Below, piece after piece: positions 10,744 through 20,010 of a DNA stretch of 32,000 bases (within the stretch, counting starts at the first letter, position 1; each line of letters opens with the position of its first letter). Source of the DNA: Phycisphaera mikurensis NBRC 102666. GTDB taxonomy: Bacteria; Planctomycetota; Phycisphaerae; Phycisphaerales; Phycisphaeraceae. A program made the position numbers and the translations under genes. The notes below the pieces were generated by a model that was not told the origin of the DNA, did no database searches, and saw only the letters and a list, made by a program, of their open reading frames with translations. The stretch spans positions 330,001-362,000 of the forward strand of contig NC_017080.1 of the NCBI RefSeq assembly GCF_000284115.1, written 5' to 3'.

Positions 10744-11346
10744 ATGCACGAGCACGAGCACGCACCCGAAGCCACGCCCCGCCGACGCCGGCACCCGCGG
10801 CCGTCCCGGCGTCGCGGCTTCACGCTGATCGAGGCCTCCCTCACCACCGTCATCGTCGGCACCGGCGTGCTCGCGATGATCGAGGCCCAGCAGGCGTACC
10901 ACCGCAAGAACCAGATCGCGACCCGCGCCGGCACCGGCCAGCTGCTGGCCAACGAGGTCCGCGAGCTGATGCACGGGCTCCCGCACCACGCCCAGCTGCT
11001 CAACGGCGCCGAGACCCTCAACCTCGGCCCGGAGCTCGGGGAGACCTCGCCGATCGACTTCGACGACCTCGACGACTTCATCTCGGTCGCCGGCGGCGGG
11101 TTCCACCCGCCGATCAACGCCATGGGTCAGACGCTGCCCGGCGACGACATGCTCCGCTGGCGGCAGGTCGTGACGCTCGGCGGCGTGTTCCCGAGCCTGA
11201 TCGACAGCAACGCCACCTTCGCCCTGGGCACCACCGAGATGATCCGCGTGGTCGTCTCCGCCCAATACGACACCGACCCCGACCCCACCGCCGAGTCCTG
11301 GGTGCAGGTGGCCGATCTCGCCTGGGTCGTCCCGCCGACCCGCTGA
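10744..11346 (+). CDS. Type IV pilin-like protein with prepilin N-terminal cleavage/methylation motif (PilV-like)
   Basis: MHEHEHAPEATPRRRRHPRPSRRRGFTLIEASLTTVIVGTGVLAMIEAQQAYHRK. Classic G|FTLIE cleavage site followed by a hydrophobic helix. Confidence 0.85.
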   Translation: MHEHEHAPEATPRRRRHPRPSRRRGFTLIEASLTTVIVGTGVLAMIEAQQAYHRKNQIATRAGTGQLLANEVRELMHGLPHHAQLLNGAETLNLGPELGETSPIDFDDLDDFISVAGGGFHPPINAMGQTLPGDDMLRWRQVVTLGGVFPSLIDSNATFALGTTEMIRVVVSAQYDTDPDPTAESWVQVADLAWVVPPTR

Positions 11347-11396
11347 GCGGCCGAGCCGCCCGCCGCTCCCGCCCCGTCCCTTCCGGACCGCCCGCC

Positions 11397-14036
11397 ATGC
11401 GCCCCGCCCCGCACGCCCCGACCCCCGCCCGGTTCCCGCTCCCGCGTCGCCCCCGCTCCGGCTCCCGCCAGCGGGGCGTCGCCGCGATCATCGCGATGAT
11501 GTTCCTGGTGATCTTCGGATCGCTGGCCGCGGCGATGGCCATCGTCTCCCAAGGCGGCCTGCGCAGCGCCGAGTCGCACCTCAAGGTCAACCGCTCGCAC
11601 GCCGCGGCCGAGACGGGCCTGGACCTGCTGGAGTGGCGGATGGAGCAGGCGATGGCGGGGCGGACCAACGACCCGGCGCTGGACGCCTCGCTCTCGTTGA
11701 CGCCGGTGCGTTCGGACCAGGGCGTGGTGACGCCGGCGCTGGCGGTCGGCTTCTGGAACCAGACCGCCTGGAACCTCAACCAGATCCTGGGGGCGACCGG
11801 CTCGCTGGGCGTGAACCACAACCAGCGCGGCCTCCGGCTCGAGCCGCAGGCCTCCGGCAGCCTCTCGCAGAAGCTCAGCCTCGGGCCCATCCGCGTCGGC
11901 CCCGGCCAGCCCGACTTCGAGGCCGTCCTCCAGCCGCACCCGCTCCCCGGCGAGGACTACACCTCCGCCCGCTACGACCGGCTTCCCTACGGCCCGCCGG
12001 CGGGCAAGCCCGACGGGACGGCCCTGGAGAAGGCCGCGTGGGCGCGCGACGTGAAGCTCAAGCGGGAGGCGGGCATCGACTTCGTCGTCGGCAGCCCCAC
12101 CGAGGCCGGGCGGGTGGCCGGCTTCGAGTATCGCCCGCTGGATGCGCGCTTCATCCGGGTCAGCGTCACCGGCACCGACCGGGGCACCTTCAACGCCTCC
12201 GCCGACGGGGCGGCCCGCGCGGTCTCCCGCGAGGGCGCCGCGCACAGCGTCATCCGCCGGACGGTCGAGCAGGACTACCTGCTGACCAAGACGATCCCCT
12301 TCGCGCTGCTCGCCCGGAGCCGCGTGATGATCGGCCGCAACGTCACGATCGACGGCCCGGTCAACTCCCGCTTCAGCGACGTCAAGCACAAGCACGGCCA
12401 CCCGATCCAGATGGAGTCGGACTTCTTCAACCTGCTCGGCACCGGCTCCAACGGGCTCAACAACGACCTCAACGGCTTCGTCAGCACGCTGTCGAGCAAC
12501 GGCAGCGGCGTCGATCTCGACGGCGACAACCGCATCAACCTGGCGAGCCCCTCGGAGACCGCCGGCCTGATCGATCCGCGCGACAGCGACTTCGACGGCG
12601 ACGGCTACCTCAGCGAGTTCGACTGGTTCGTCAAGGCCTTCGACGGCAGGAGCGGCGGCGTCGTGGACGGCCGCATCAGCCCCGACGAGCTGGGCATCGA
12701 CGCGTCGAGCCCCGACCAGACGCTGCAGCAGCTCTTCACGCTGATCGACGCCGACGCCTCCCCCAACGTCACCTACGGGCCCGACGGCCAGCCGATCGGC
12801 GACGGCTTCCTCGACGCCGACGACGAGTACGCCAAGGTCCGCGGCCAGCTGATCATGGAGGCCACGCTGGAGGACTGGGAGGAGGTCGCCGCGGAGAGCG
12901 GCAACTACCGCGACTACCTCAAGGGTCCGGTCACGGCCGACTTCGGCAAGCGGCCGCTGGTCGCGGGCGAGGAGGCCACCGACGACGCGTACGACTTCTC
13001 GGCCAACAGCTTCGACATGACGGCCTACAGCGACCGCGCGACCAACACGCTCAACCCCGCGAGCGCCGGCAGCGCCACCGCCAACGACACGAGCGAGCCC
13101 GTGGAGTTCAACGGGCGCAACACCGACGCCGACGGCAACCCCATCTTCGAGAAGGTGCCGTACCAGTCCGAGTACGCGTACGACCACTTCGATCGGCCGG
13201 TGTACCGCAACCTCCGCTTCAGCGACATCCGGATCCCGCCGGGCACCAACGCGCTCTTCGAGAACTGCCGCTTCATCGGCGTCACGTACATCGAGACCGC
13301 CGCGAACAACATGGACCCGAACTTCAACTACGCCGGCATCCAGGACAAGGACGGCGTGCCGACCTACTGGGACCGGCCCGTGGAGATCGACGGCGTCAAG
13401 TACGGCGGCCTCCGCCCGACCGACCCCGGCTACGACCCCGCGGACAACGCCACCGGCACGAAGATGCTGTCCAACAACATCCGCTTCCACAACTGCACCT
13501 TCGAGGGACCGGTCACCGGCGGGCCCGTCGGCGGCGGACGCTTCCCGGCCAACTTCCAGTTCACGCACACCCGCAACAAGGTGACCTTCACGGGCCGGAC
13601 GCGCTGGGAGCACGACGCGAACAACGGAAAATCCGACGCCGACAAAGCCTTCTACCGGCGCTCGTCGATCCTGATGCCGCACTTCTCGGTGGAGCTCGGC
13701 TCCTTCAAGGATCCCGCGAGCCTCACCGAGGAGGTCGACCTGGAGGGCACCGTGGTCGCCGGCATCATCGACATCCGCGGCCAGGCCGACGTGCACGGGA
13801 CCGTGGTCACGACCTTCGAGCCCGAGAGCGACACCGGCCCGGTGATCGGCAACACCAGCCCGAACTTCAACACGACCCTGGGCTACTTCGACAACGCCGA
13901 CGGCGACCGCGAGGGCGAGCGCCCCGACAACGGCGTGGGCCGCATCCGCCTGCGCTACAACGCGGTCGCCACGCTGCCCGACGGGATCGAGAGCCCGATC
14001 ACGCTGGTCCCGCTGCACCGGACGTACGCCGAGTGA
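11397..14036 (+). CDS. Large PilX-like pilus-assembly-associated protein with EF-hand-like motifs
   Basis: N-terminus RQRGVAAIIAMMFLVIFGSLAAAMAIVSQGGLRSAESHLKVNRSHAAAETGLDLLEWRM resembles the PilX N-terminal region. Internal DLDGDNRINL and DSDFDGDGYLSEFDWF motifs. ATG at 11397; the track ORF begins spuriously at 10464. Confidence 0.8.
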   Translation: MRPAPHAPTPARFPLPRRPRSGSRQRGVAAIIAMMFLVIFGSLAAAMAIVSQGGLRSAESHLKVNRSHAAAETGLDLLEWRMEQAMAGRTNDPALDASLSLTPVRSDQGVVTPALAVGFWNQTAWNLNQILGATGSLGVNHNQRGLRLEPQASGSLSQKLSLGPIRVGPGQPDFEAVLQPHPLPGEDYTSARYDRLPYGPPAGKPDGTALEKAAWARDVKLKREAGIDFVVGSPTEAGRVAGFEYRPLDARFIRVSVTGTDRGTFNASADGAARAVSREGAAHSVIRRTVEQDYLLTKTIPFALLARSRVMIGRNVTIDGPVNSRFSDVKHKHGHPIQMESDFFNLLGTGSNGLNNDLNGFVSTLSSNGSGVDLDGDNRINLASPSETAGLIDPRDSDFDGDGYLSEFDWFVKAFDGRSGGVVDGRISPDELGIDASSPDQTLQQLFTLIDADASPNVTYGPDGQPIGDGFLDADDEYAKVRGQLIMEATLEDWEEVAAESGNYRDYLKGPVTADFGKRPLVAGEEATDDAYDFSANSFDMTAYSDRATNTLNPASAGSATANDTSEPVEFNGRNTDADGNPIFEKVPYQSEYAYDHFDRPVYRNLRFSDIRIPPGTNALFENCRFIGVTYIETAANNMDPNFNYAGIQDKDGVPTYWDRPVEIDGVKYGGLRPTDPGYDPADNATGTKMLSNNIRFHNCTFEGPVTGGPVGGGRFPANFQFTHTRNKVTFTGRTRWEHDANNGKSDADKAFYRRSSILMPHFSVELGSFKDPASLTEEVDLEGTVVAGIIDIRGQADVHGTVVTTFEPESDTGPVIGNTSPNFNTTLGYFDNADGDREGERPDNGVGRIRLRYNAVATLPDGIESPITLVPLHRTYAE

Positions 14037-14083
14037 GCCGGCCCCGCCCCCTGGCGGCCTCACCCGGGGCCCCCGGACACCCG

Positions 14084-14821
14084 ATGAGGCCGCTGCCGGC
14101 CACCGCCACCGCCGCGCCCGCCGCTCTTGACGTTGCCATGGCCTCTTCCTCCCCGATTCCGCGAACCCGCCCACGCCCGCGCACCCGCCGCGGGCCGCGG
14201 CGGCAGGCCGGCCTCTCGCTCGCCGAGATGCTCATCTCGCTGGCCATCTCCGCGGCGCTGCTGACGGCCGTCGCCCTGGCGATGGACGCCAGCTTCACCG
14301 CCTACGCCAGCGCGGCGGAGTCGACCTCGGCGCAGAGCTCCACCCGCCTGGTGGTGCACCGGATCCAGGCGATGATCCGCGGAGGCGTGGCGCAGGGCCC
14401 GCTCACCCCCGACGACCACCTCGCCTGGAAGAACACGATCCGGCTCAAGAGCGGGGGGACGCTCGCCCTGCCGGAGCCCGACTTCAGCAACAACCCGGTC
14501 ACCAGCGACTACCTGCTGCTCGATGACCGCGACGGCCGGCTGATCGCCCTGGACTTCGACCCCATCACCGCGACGGTCTTCCTGAGCACGCCCGAACCGG
14601 ACGGTCGCTACGAGCGGCGGCCCCTGCTGCAGGGCGTCACGGCCTGCACCTTCAGCTTGTTCCGACGGCGGGACCGGCAGAGCGATTACCAGAACGTGCT
14701 GGAGCGCGGCGGCATCGACCTCACGGTCCAGCCCGGCGCCGACTCGACGCTGGGCACCGAAGCCGGGCAGTCCCCCCCGATCCGCTTGATCGCTTCCACC
14801 TCGCCCCGCCGCCTGCGCTGA
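14084..14821 (+). CDS. Prepilin-like protein (PilW-like)
   Basis: RRQAGLSLAEMLISLAISAALLTAVALAMDASFTAYASAAESTSAQSSTRLVVHRIQAMIRGG; prepilin-type G|LSLAE motif plus helix. Alternative ATG at 14138. Embedded in track ORF 11633..14821. Confidence 0.8.
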   Translation: MRPLPATATAAPAALDVAMASSSPIPRTRPRPRTRRGPRRQAGLSLAEMLISLAISAALLTAVALAMDASFTAYASAAESTSAQSSTRLVVHRIQAMIRGGVAQGPLTPDDHLAWKNTIRLKSGGTLALPEPDFSNNPVTSDYLLLDDRDGRLIALDFDPITATVFLSTPEPDGRYERRPLLQGVTACTFSLFRRRDRQSDYQNVLERGGIDLTVQPGADSTLGTEAGQSPPIRLIASTSPRRLR

Positions 14822-14961
14822 ACGCGGGCACCACGACCCCCGGGGAAAAACCCGCGCGGTTCGCTTGCCCCGCTTCCCCCTGGATCGTCCCCTTGCCCGC
14901 ACGCTCTCGCCGAGAGCGGCTTTCGCGGCAGAGCCGCACGATCCGCTTCGAAGGACACCCG

Positions 14962-15843
14962 ATGCACAGCTCCATCCCTCTCACCCGCACCTCCCTCGCC
15001 CGCCGCGTGCGGCCCGCGGCGGCCGCCGTCGCGGCTTCGCTGGCCCTCACGGGGCTGGCCGCCGCCCCCGCGGCCGCGGCCCCCGGCGTCGCCGACGTCC
15101 TCGACGCGGTGGACGCCGCGCAGGAGAGCATCCGCCTGGAGGGCACGCTCCGCGACTTCACCATCGACCACCCCGACATGGAGTACGGCAAGAAGAGCTT
15201 CGGCCTCCGCAAGGGCATGGTCGAGGAGCGGCTCGGCGCCGACGGCCGGCCGGTCCTCAGCGAGAAGTACGCGAAGAATCCCGGCAAGGCGATGATCCAG
15301 AGCGAGTCGACCTTCAACCAGTGGTTCCGCGACGTGCCGGGCGTGAACCTCACCGAGGTCGTCGAGCTGACCCTCCAGCCGCACCCCGCCAAGCCCGGCG
15401 TCATGTACTTCGCCCGCGAGGCCCAGAGCTCCGGCGACAAGCGGTTCTTCTTCCCCGCCGATGGCCGCGGCTTCAACGACATGCGGAACGCGGGCAAGGG
15501 CCTGCACAACTACTTCTTCACCTTCGAGCTCGAGACCGAGTTCACCTACGACGATCCCAGCGGGCGCGACCACGCGCTGGAGTTCGCCTTCAGCGGCGAC
15601 GACGACGTCTGGGTCTTCATCAACGACCGCCTCGCGGTCGACCTCGGCGGCGTGCACGGGCAGCAGAGCGCCAAGGTCAACCTGGACCGCAACGCCGAGA
15701 AACTCGGCCTCGAGCCCGGCGAGACCTACCCGCTCCGCCTCTTCTTCGCCGAACGGCACACGACGCAGAGCAACTTCCGCATCGAGACCACGCTGAAGCT
15801 CAAGGGCCTGCCGCCCTCGAACATCACCGCGAACTACGACTGA
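14962..15843 (+). CDS. Secreted fibro-slime domain-containing protein
   Basis: Signal peptide (AAAVAASLALTGLAAAPAAAA) from ATG 14962; fibro-slime-type FFTFELETEFTYDDPSGRDHALEFAFSGDDDVWVFINDRLAVDLGGVHG...FFAERHTTQSNFRIET. Confidence 0.88.
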   Translation: MHSSIPLTRTSLARRVRPAAAAVAASLALTGLAAAPAAAAPGVADVLDAVDAAQESIRLEGTLRDFTIDHPDMEYGKKSFGLRKGMVEERLGADGRPVLSEKYAKNPGKAMIQSESTFNQWFRDVPGVNLTEVVELTLQPHPAKPGVMYFAREAQSSGDKRFFFPADGRGFNDMRNAGKGLHNYFFTFELETEFTYDDPSGRDHALEFAFSGDDDVWVFINDRLAVDLGGVHGQQSAKVNLDRNAEKLGLEPGETYPLRLFFAERHTTQSNFRIETTLKLKGLPPSNITANYD

Positions 15844-16169
15844 TCCGCATCCTCGAGGACCAGGACGCGTCGAGCACCCACCGCCGGGGGAACCCGTGGG
15901 GTGGGGTGTGCAGCGTCGTGCACGCTTGTCCATCCCGCAAGCGGCGTGGCAGCCGACGCAGAGGAGCGTCGGTTGTTCCCGAACGCGGAGAGCGGCCGCG
16001 ATCCGACCGCCGCGACTCAACCGCCGCGTCGGACCGGACCGATGCAACGAGGCAGAGCCTATCCCAACAACCGGCCCCGCGCCGGACTGCGGGAGGGAGA
16101 CCACGGGCCGCGGCGTGGGGCCGATCGCTCCCGCCGCGGCCCGCTGCTGCGCGGGCGCCGCGGCCGGGC

Positions 16170-17510
16170 TCAGCCCGATTGGGCCGAGCGGATCAGCAGC
16201 GTGTTGTTCTGGCCGCCGAAGCCGAAGCTGTTGGAGAGGGCGGCCGTGACCGGTTTCCGGCGCGCTTCATTCGGCACGTAATCGAGGTCGCACTCGGGGC
16301 CGGGCGTGGTGAGGTTGGCCGTGGGGGGGAGGACGCCGTCGCGGATGGCGAGCACGCAGGCGATGGCCTGCACGGCGCCGGCGGCGGCGATCAGGTGGCC
16401 GAGCATCGACTTGATCGAGCTCACGGGCGGGACGGCGGCGAGGTCGGCTCCGTCCGCTCCGGCGAAGACGCTCTTGATCGCGCGGGTCTCGATCGAGTCG
16501 TTCTCCTTCGTGCCGGTGCCGTGGGCGGCGATCCAGTCGACCCCCGCGGGCTCCAGCCCCGCCATTTCCAGCGCCTGCCGCATGGCGGCCGCGGCGCCGC
16601 GGCCCTCGGGGTGGATGTCGGTGATGCGATACGCGTCGGCGGTGGCTCCGTAGCCCCCGATCTCCGCAAGGATCTCCGCTTCCCGCGCCTCCGCGTGGCT
16701 GCGCCGCTCGAGCACGAGGATCCCGGCGCCCTCGCCCATCACGAAGCCGTCGCGGTCGGCGGAGAAGGGCCGGCTGGCGGTCTCGGGCGAGTCGTTGCGG
16801 TTCGAGAGGGCGGTCAACCGGTTGAAGCCGGTGACGCCGAAGGGGTGGATCATCGTGTGCGCCCCGCCGGAGAGCATCACGTCGGCCTCGCCGCGGGCGA
16901 GCACGGCGCAGGCCTCGCCGATCGCCTGCGTGCTCGCGGCGCAGGCGGTGAGGCAGTTGCTCGCCGGCCCCATCGCGCCAAACTCCAGCGCCAGGTGCGT
17001 GAGCGGCATGTTGGGCTCCTGCTCCACCTCGCGGTCGGCGTCGAACTGGCGGAGCGCCTCCGCCGCCCACGCTCTCGCGTCGACCGCGCCCGCGTCGGCG
17101 TCCCAGGCCGCGAGCGTCGTCGAGACGTAGTGCTCCAGGTCGATGGTGCCCTCGCCGGCGCCGAGATACAAACCCAGCCGCTCGCGGTCGAGCCCGTCGA
17201 ACCCGTCGAGCCCCGACTGCTCCCACGCCCGGGACGCCGCGCCGAGCGCAAAGCGGGTGTGCCGGCCCGCGGTCTCGTGCAGCTTGGGGTGCTTCAGCCC
17301 CGAGGGGGACCACCCGGGATCCACCTCCGCGGCGAACGTCGTCGGGAAGGTGCTGGCGTCGAAGCCGCGGATCGCGGCGGCCCCCGACTGCGCGTTCAGC
17401 ATCCGCTTCCACACCCCGTCGAGCGTGTCGCCCAGCGGCGTCACCCAGCCGCAACCGGTGATGACGATCGGGTCCGTCGAGCTTGTTCTTGCGTCAGCGG
17501 GGGTGGTCAT
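16170..17510 (-). CDS. Beta-ketoacyl-ACP synthase (FabF/KAS-II-like), catalytic triad motifs present
   Basis: MTTPADARTSSTDPIVITGCGWVTPLG..., active-site LTACAASTQAIGEA, AAHGTGTKENDSIE, SIKSMLGHLIAAAGAVQA, SFGFGGQNNTLLI. ATG at 17510 abuts/overlaps the upstream gene's TGA. Confidence 0.95.
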   Translation of the reverse strand: MTTPADARTSSTDPIVITGCGWVTPLGDTLDGVWKRMLNAQSGAAAIRGFDASTFPTTFAAEVDPGWSPSGLKHPKLHETAGRHTRFALGAASRAWEQSGLDGFDGLDRERLGLYLGAGEGTIDLEHYVSTTLAAWDADAGAVDARAWAAEALRQFDADREVEQEPNMPLTHLALEFGAMGPASNCLTACAASTQAIGEACAVLARGEADVMLSGGAHTMIHPFGVTGFNRLTALSNRNDSPETASRPFSADRDGFVMGEGAGILVLERRSHAEAREAEILAEIGGYGATADAYRITDIHPEGRGAAAAMRQALEMAGLEPAGVDWIAAHGTGTKENDSIETRAIKSVFAGADGADLAAVPPVSSIKSMLGHLIAAAGAVQAIACVLAIRDGVLPPTANLTTPGPECDLDYVPNEARRKPVTAALSNSFGFGGQNNTLLIRSAQSG

Positions 17511-18808
17511 CACGCTTTCTCCAGCACGAGGGCCGTGTTCTGCCCGCCGACCGCGGTGGACGCAACCAGGATGGTCTCCAGCTTCTCGGCGTCCTCGCTC
17601 TTCGCCGCGCAGCCAGCCCGCGGTTCCTTCCGGTTCACGATCGGCGGCAGCTCGCCCCGCGACAGCGCCTCCGCCGCGACCGCGACCTCGAAGCCGCCCG
17701 CCCCCGCGGCGAGGTTCCCGGTGGAGGCCTTGAGCCCGAGCACCGGCACCCGGTCGAGCCCGTCGCCGAACACCGCCCGCAGGGCGGAGGCCTCCGCCGC
17801 GTCCCACAGCGGGTGGCCGATCCCGAAGGGGATCACCGCGTCCACGTCCTCGGGGCTCTTCCCCGCGTCGGCCAGCGCCCGCCGCATCGACGCCGCGATC
17901 GCCCGGCCCTCCGGGTCCGGCTGCCGATTCAGGCTCTCGGGGTGGAACGTCTGCGAGGACGCGAAGCCGGACAGCCGCGCCCGCGGGGCCGCCCCGCCGC
18001 GGCGCTCCAGGTTCTCCGCCGTCTCGATCACCAGGATCCCGCCGCCCTCGGCGACCGCCGTGCCTTCGGCGTTCTCGTCGAAGGGTCGCACGCTCCCGCC
18101 GGTCGGCGCCAGCCGCCCCCCGAGCACCTGCCGGTGGAAGGCCATCGGGTTCAGCCGGCTCTCGGCCCCGCCGCAGAAGCACGCGTCGGCCGCGCCGCGC
18201 TGGATCACCCGCAGGCTCTCGCCGATCGACAGCCCGCCGCTGGCCTCGCCGCAGGTGATCGTGTTGCTGGGCCCGCGGGCCTCGTGGATGATCGTCACGT
18301 GGCAGGCGAGCATGTTCGGCAGGTACTTGAGCAGCCACAGCGGCGTGAGCTGCTGCATCCCCTCGGCGCCCCACTTCTTCAGGCTGAAGCTCCCGTCGTC
18401 GTCGGTCGACCCCGCCAGCGCCGCCCCCAGCTCGTTCTCGTCGGCCGCGATCAGCCCCGCCCCGATGTGGCAGCCGAAGCGCTCCGCCGCGACACCGGGT
18501 TCGCCCCCCTCCGCCGTTCCCGGCGTCACCAGCCCCGCGTCCTTCGCCGCGAGCTTCGCCGCCACCACCGCCAGCTCGATGTCCCGGGCCATCACCTTGA
18601 CCGCCTTGCGGTAGCTCTTGGGCACCGCCTTCTTGACGTCGAGATCGGTGACTTCGCCCGCGAGGTCGTGGCCCGTGCCCGACGCGTCGAAAGCCGACAC
18701 CGGCCCGAGCCCGATCTTCCCCGCGGCGAGCGCCGACCAAACCTCGTCGATGCCCTGCCCCAGCGGCCCGACGGGTCCAAGCCCGGTGATGTAGACGCGC
18801 AAAGCCAT
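17510..18808 (-). CDS. Ketosynthase-family paralogue with altered catalytic motifs (possible partner / chain-length-factor-like subunit)
   Basis: MALRVYITGLGPVGPLGQGIDEVW..., GPSNTITCGEASGGLSIGES, SAVGGQNTALVLEKA-type C-terminus. HGTGT is replaced by GIGHPLWD and KSxxGH by KASTGN. ATG at 18808. Confidence 0.88.
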   Translation of the reverse strand: MALRVYITGLGPVGPLGQGIDEVWSALAAGKIGLGPVSAFDASGTGHDLAGEVTDLDVKKAVPKSYRKAVKVMARDIELAVVAAKLAAKDAGLVTPGTAEGGEPGVAAERFGCHIGAGLIAADENELGAALAGSTDDDGSFSLKKWGAEGMQQLTPLWLLKYLPNMLACHVTIIHEARGPSNTITCGEASGGLSIGESLRVIQRGAADACFCGGAESRLNPMAFHRQVLGGRLAPTGGSVRPFDENAEGTAVAEGGGILVIETAENLERRGGAAPRARLSGFASSQTFHPESLNRQPDPEGRAIAASMRRALADAGKSPEDVDAVIPFGIGHPLWDAAEASALRAVFGDGLDRVPVLGLKASTGNLAAGAGGFEVAVAAEALSRGELPPIVNRKEPRAGCAAKSEDAEKLETILVASTAVGGQNTALVLEKA

Positions 18809-18853
18809 GGGCGGGGAGGGTAAGGAAGCGCTCCGGCTTCGCCGCCACCGGTT

Positions 18854-18899
18854 CCGCGGACCGTCGCCCCTCCCGCCGCTTCGGACCCACGGTCCGCGG
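18854..18899. repeat. 46-bp inverted-end element, copy 4
   Basis: CCGCGGACCGT-24 nt-ACGGTCCGCGG. Perfect 11-bp inverted ends. Confidence 0.88.
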
Positions 18900-18921
18900 A
18901 TCCGCGGCCCTGCCGCCGCGA

Positions 18922-19824
18922 TCAGTTCCGGCGGCCGGTGAGAATCAGCAGGGCTCCGGTGGCGAGCAGCAGGGCCGAGGCGGGCTCGGGGACCACCTCG
19001 AAGTCCACGAGGTCGAGGTCGTTGATCGTGTTTGTGAACACGGTGTCCCCGTTGTTCACGCCGCGCACGTCGTCGACGCCGTGGGTGAAGCGGATCCCGC
19101 CGATGAGCGTCGTCGCCGGCGCGACGCCGGTCGCGGCCGGGGTGTCGGGCTCGGACCCGGTGATCGCGTCCATGCTCCCGTTGGAGCCCGGCGCCGTGAG
19201 GTCGGTCCCCACCGCCGTGACGCTGCCGAGGCCGTCGGCGACGTAGTTGCCGGTGGACGCCGAGCCCCCGACCGGCGTGTGCGTCGCGTAGGACCCGATC
19301 GCGGGCGTCGGGCTGAAGGGGTTCCCGCCGGCGTCGAGGAACTCCATCACGGAGTGCTCCCACACCACGCCGGCGCTGTTGCCGCTGGACCAGCTGAGGT
19401 CGGCGACGTCGCTCGCCTCCACGAGAAGCGTGAGGAAGTCGATCTGGATCGTCTGCGTCACGCGGTGCCCGCCGTTGTTGGCGAGGACCCCGCCGCCGGA
19501 GACGAAGCTCGGATCGATCGTCGAGACCAGCCCGGTCCCGCTGGTCCCCGTCGTCGCGACCCAGGACACGTTGTTGCCGTCGTCGGCGGTGAGCCCGGTG
19601 GCGGTGACCGACACCGCGATGTCCGCCACGCCGTCCGCGACGGCCAAGCCGGTCGCCGCGTCGAAGACGTCGTAGAGGCCCGGCCCGTTGTAGTTGCCGC
19701 CGACCTTGAGGAAGTCGTCGACGAGATCGAACGCGGGAACGACCGCCGCGGAGGCCGCCCCGCCCGCCGCCACCGCCAGCAGCGCCGCCGACGCCGAGCC
19801 CGCGAACGTGTGCCTGGGTCTCAT
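18922..19824 (-). CDS. PEP-CTERM sorting-domain exported protein
   Basis: N-terminal signal peptide and C-terminal VVPEPASALLLATGALLILTGRRN, matching PEP motif, hydrophobic helix and basic tail. Confidence 0.9.
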   Translation of the reverse strand: MRPRHTFAGSASAALLAVAAGGAASAAVVPAFDLVDDFLKVGGNYNGPGLYDVFDAATGLAVADGVADIAVSVTATGLTADDGNNVSWVATTGTSGTGLVSTIDPSFVSGGGVLANNGGHRVTQTIQIDFLTLLVEASDVADLSWSSGNSAGVVWEHSVMEFLDAGGNPFSPTPAIGSYATHTPVGGSASTGNYVADGLGSVTAVGTDLTAPGSNGSMDAITGSEPDTPAATGVAPATTLIGGIRFTHGVDDVRGVNNGDTVFTNTINDLDLVDFEVVPEPASALLLATGALLILTGRRN

Positions 19825-20010
19825 CCGGAACCTCCTTGGGAGTGCGGGCCGCGACCAGGAGGAGACCCCTCCTCGGTTCCGACCCCGCAGCGAAGAACCT
19901 AAGGAGGTGCGGCCCGCTTCGACCGGGCGAAGCCGCCTTTCGAGCGAGATTCCAGATTTTCAGGCGAACCCCGACGGAACCTCCCGCCCCCCCCGGAGAG
20001 GTCCCCACGC

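Noticed and set aside
15844-16281. Small plus-strand ORFs 15896..16249 and 15901..16281
   Set aside because: No family signal, and they overlap the 3' end of the ketosynthase gene on the other strand. Probably non-coding.
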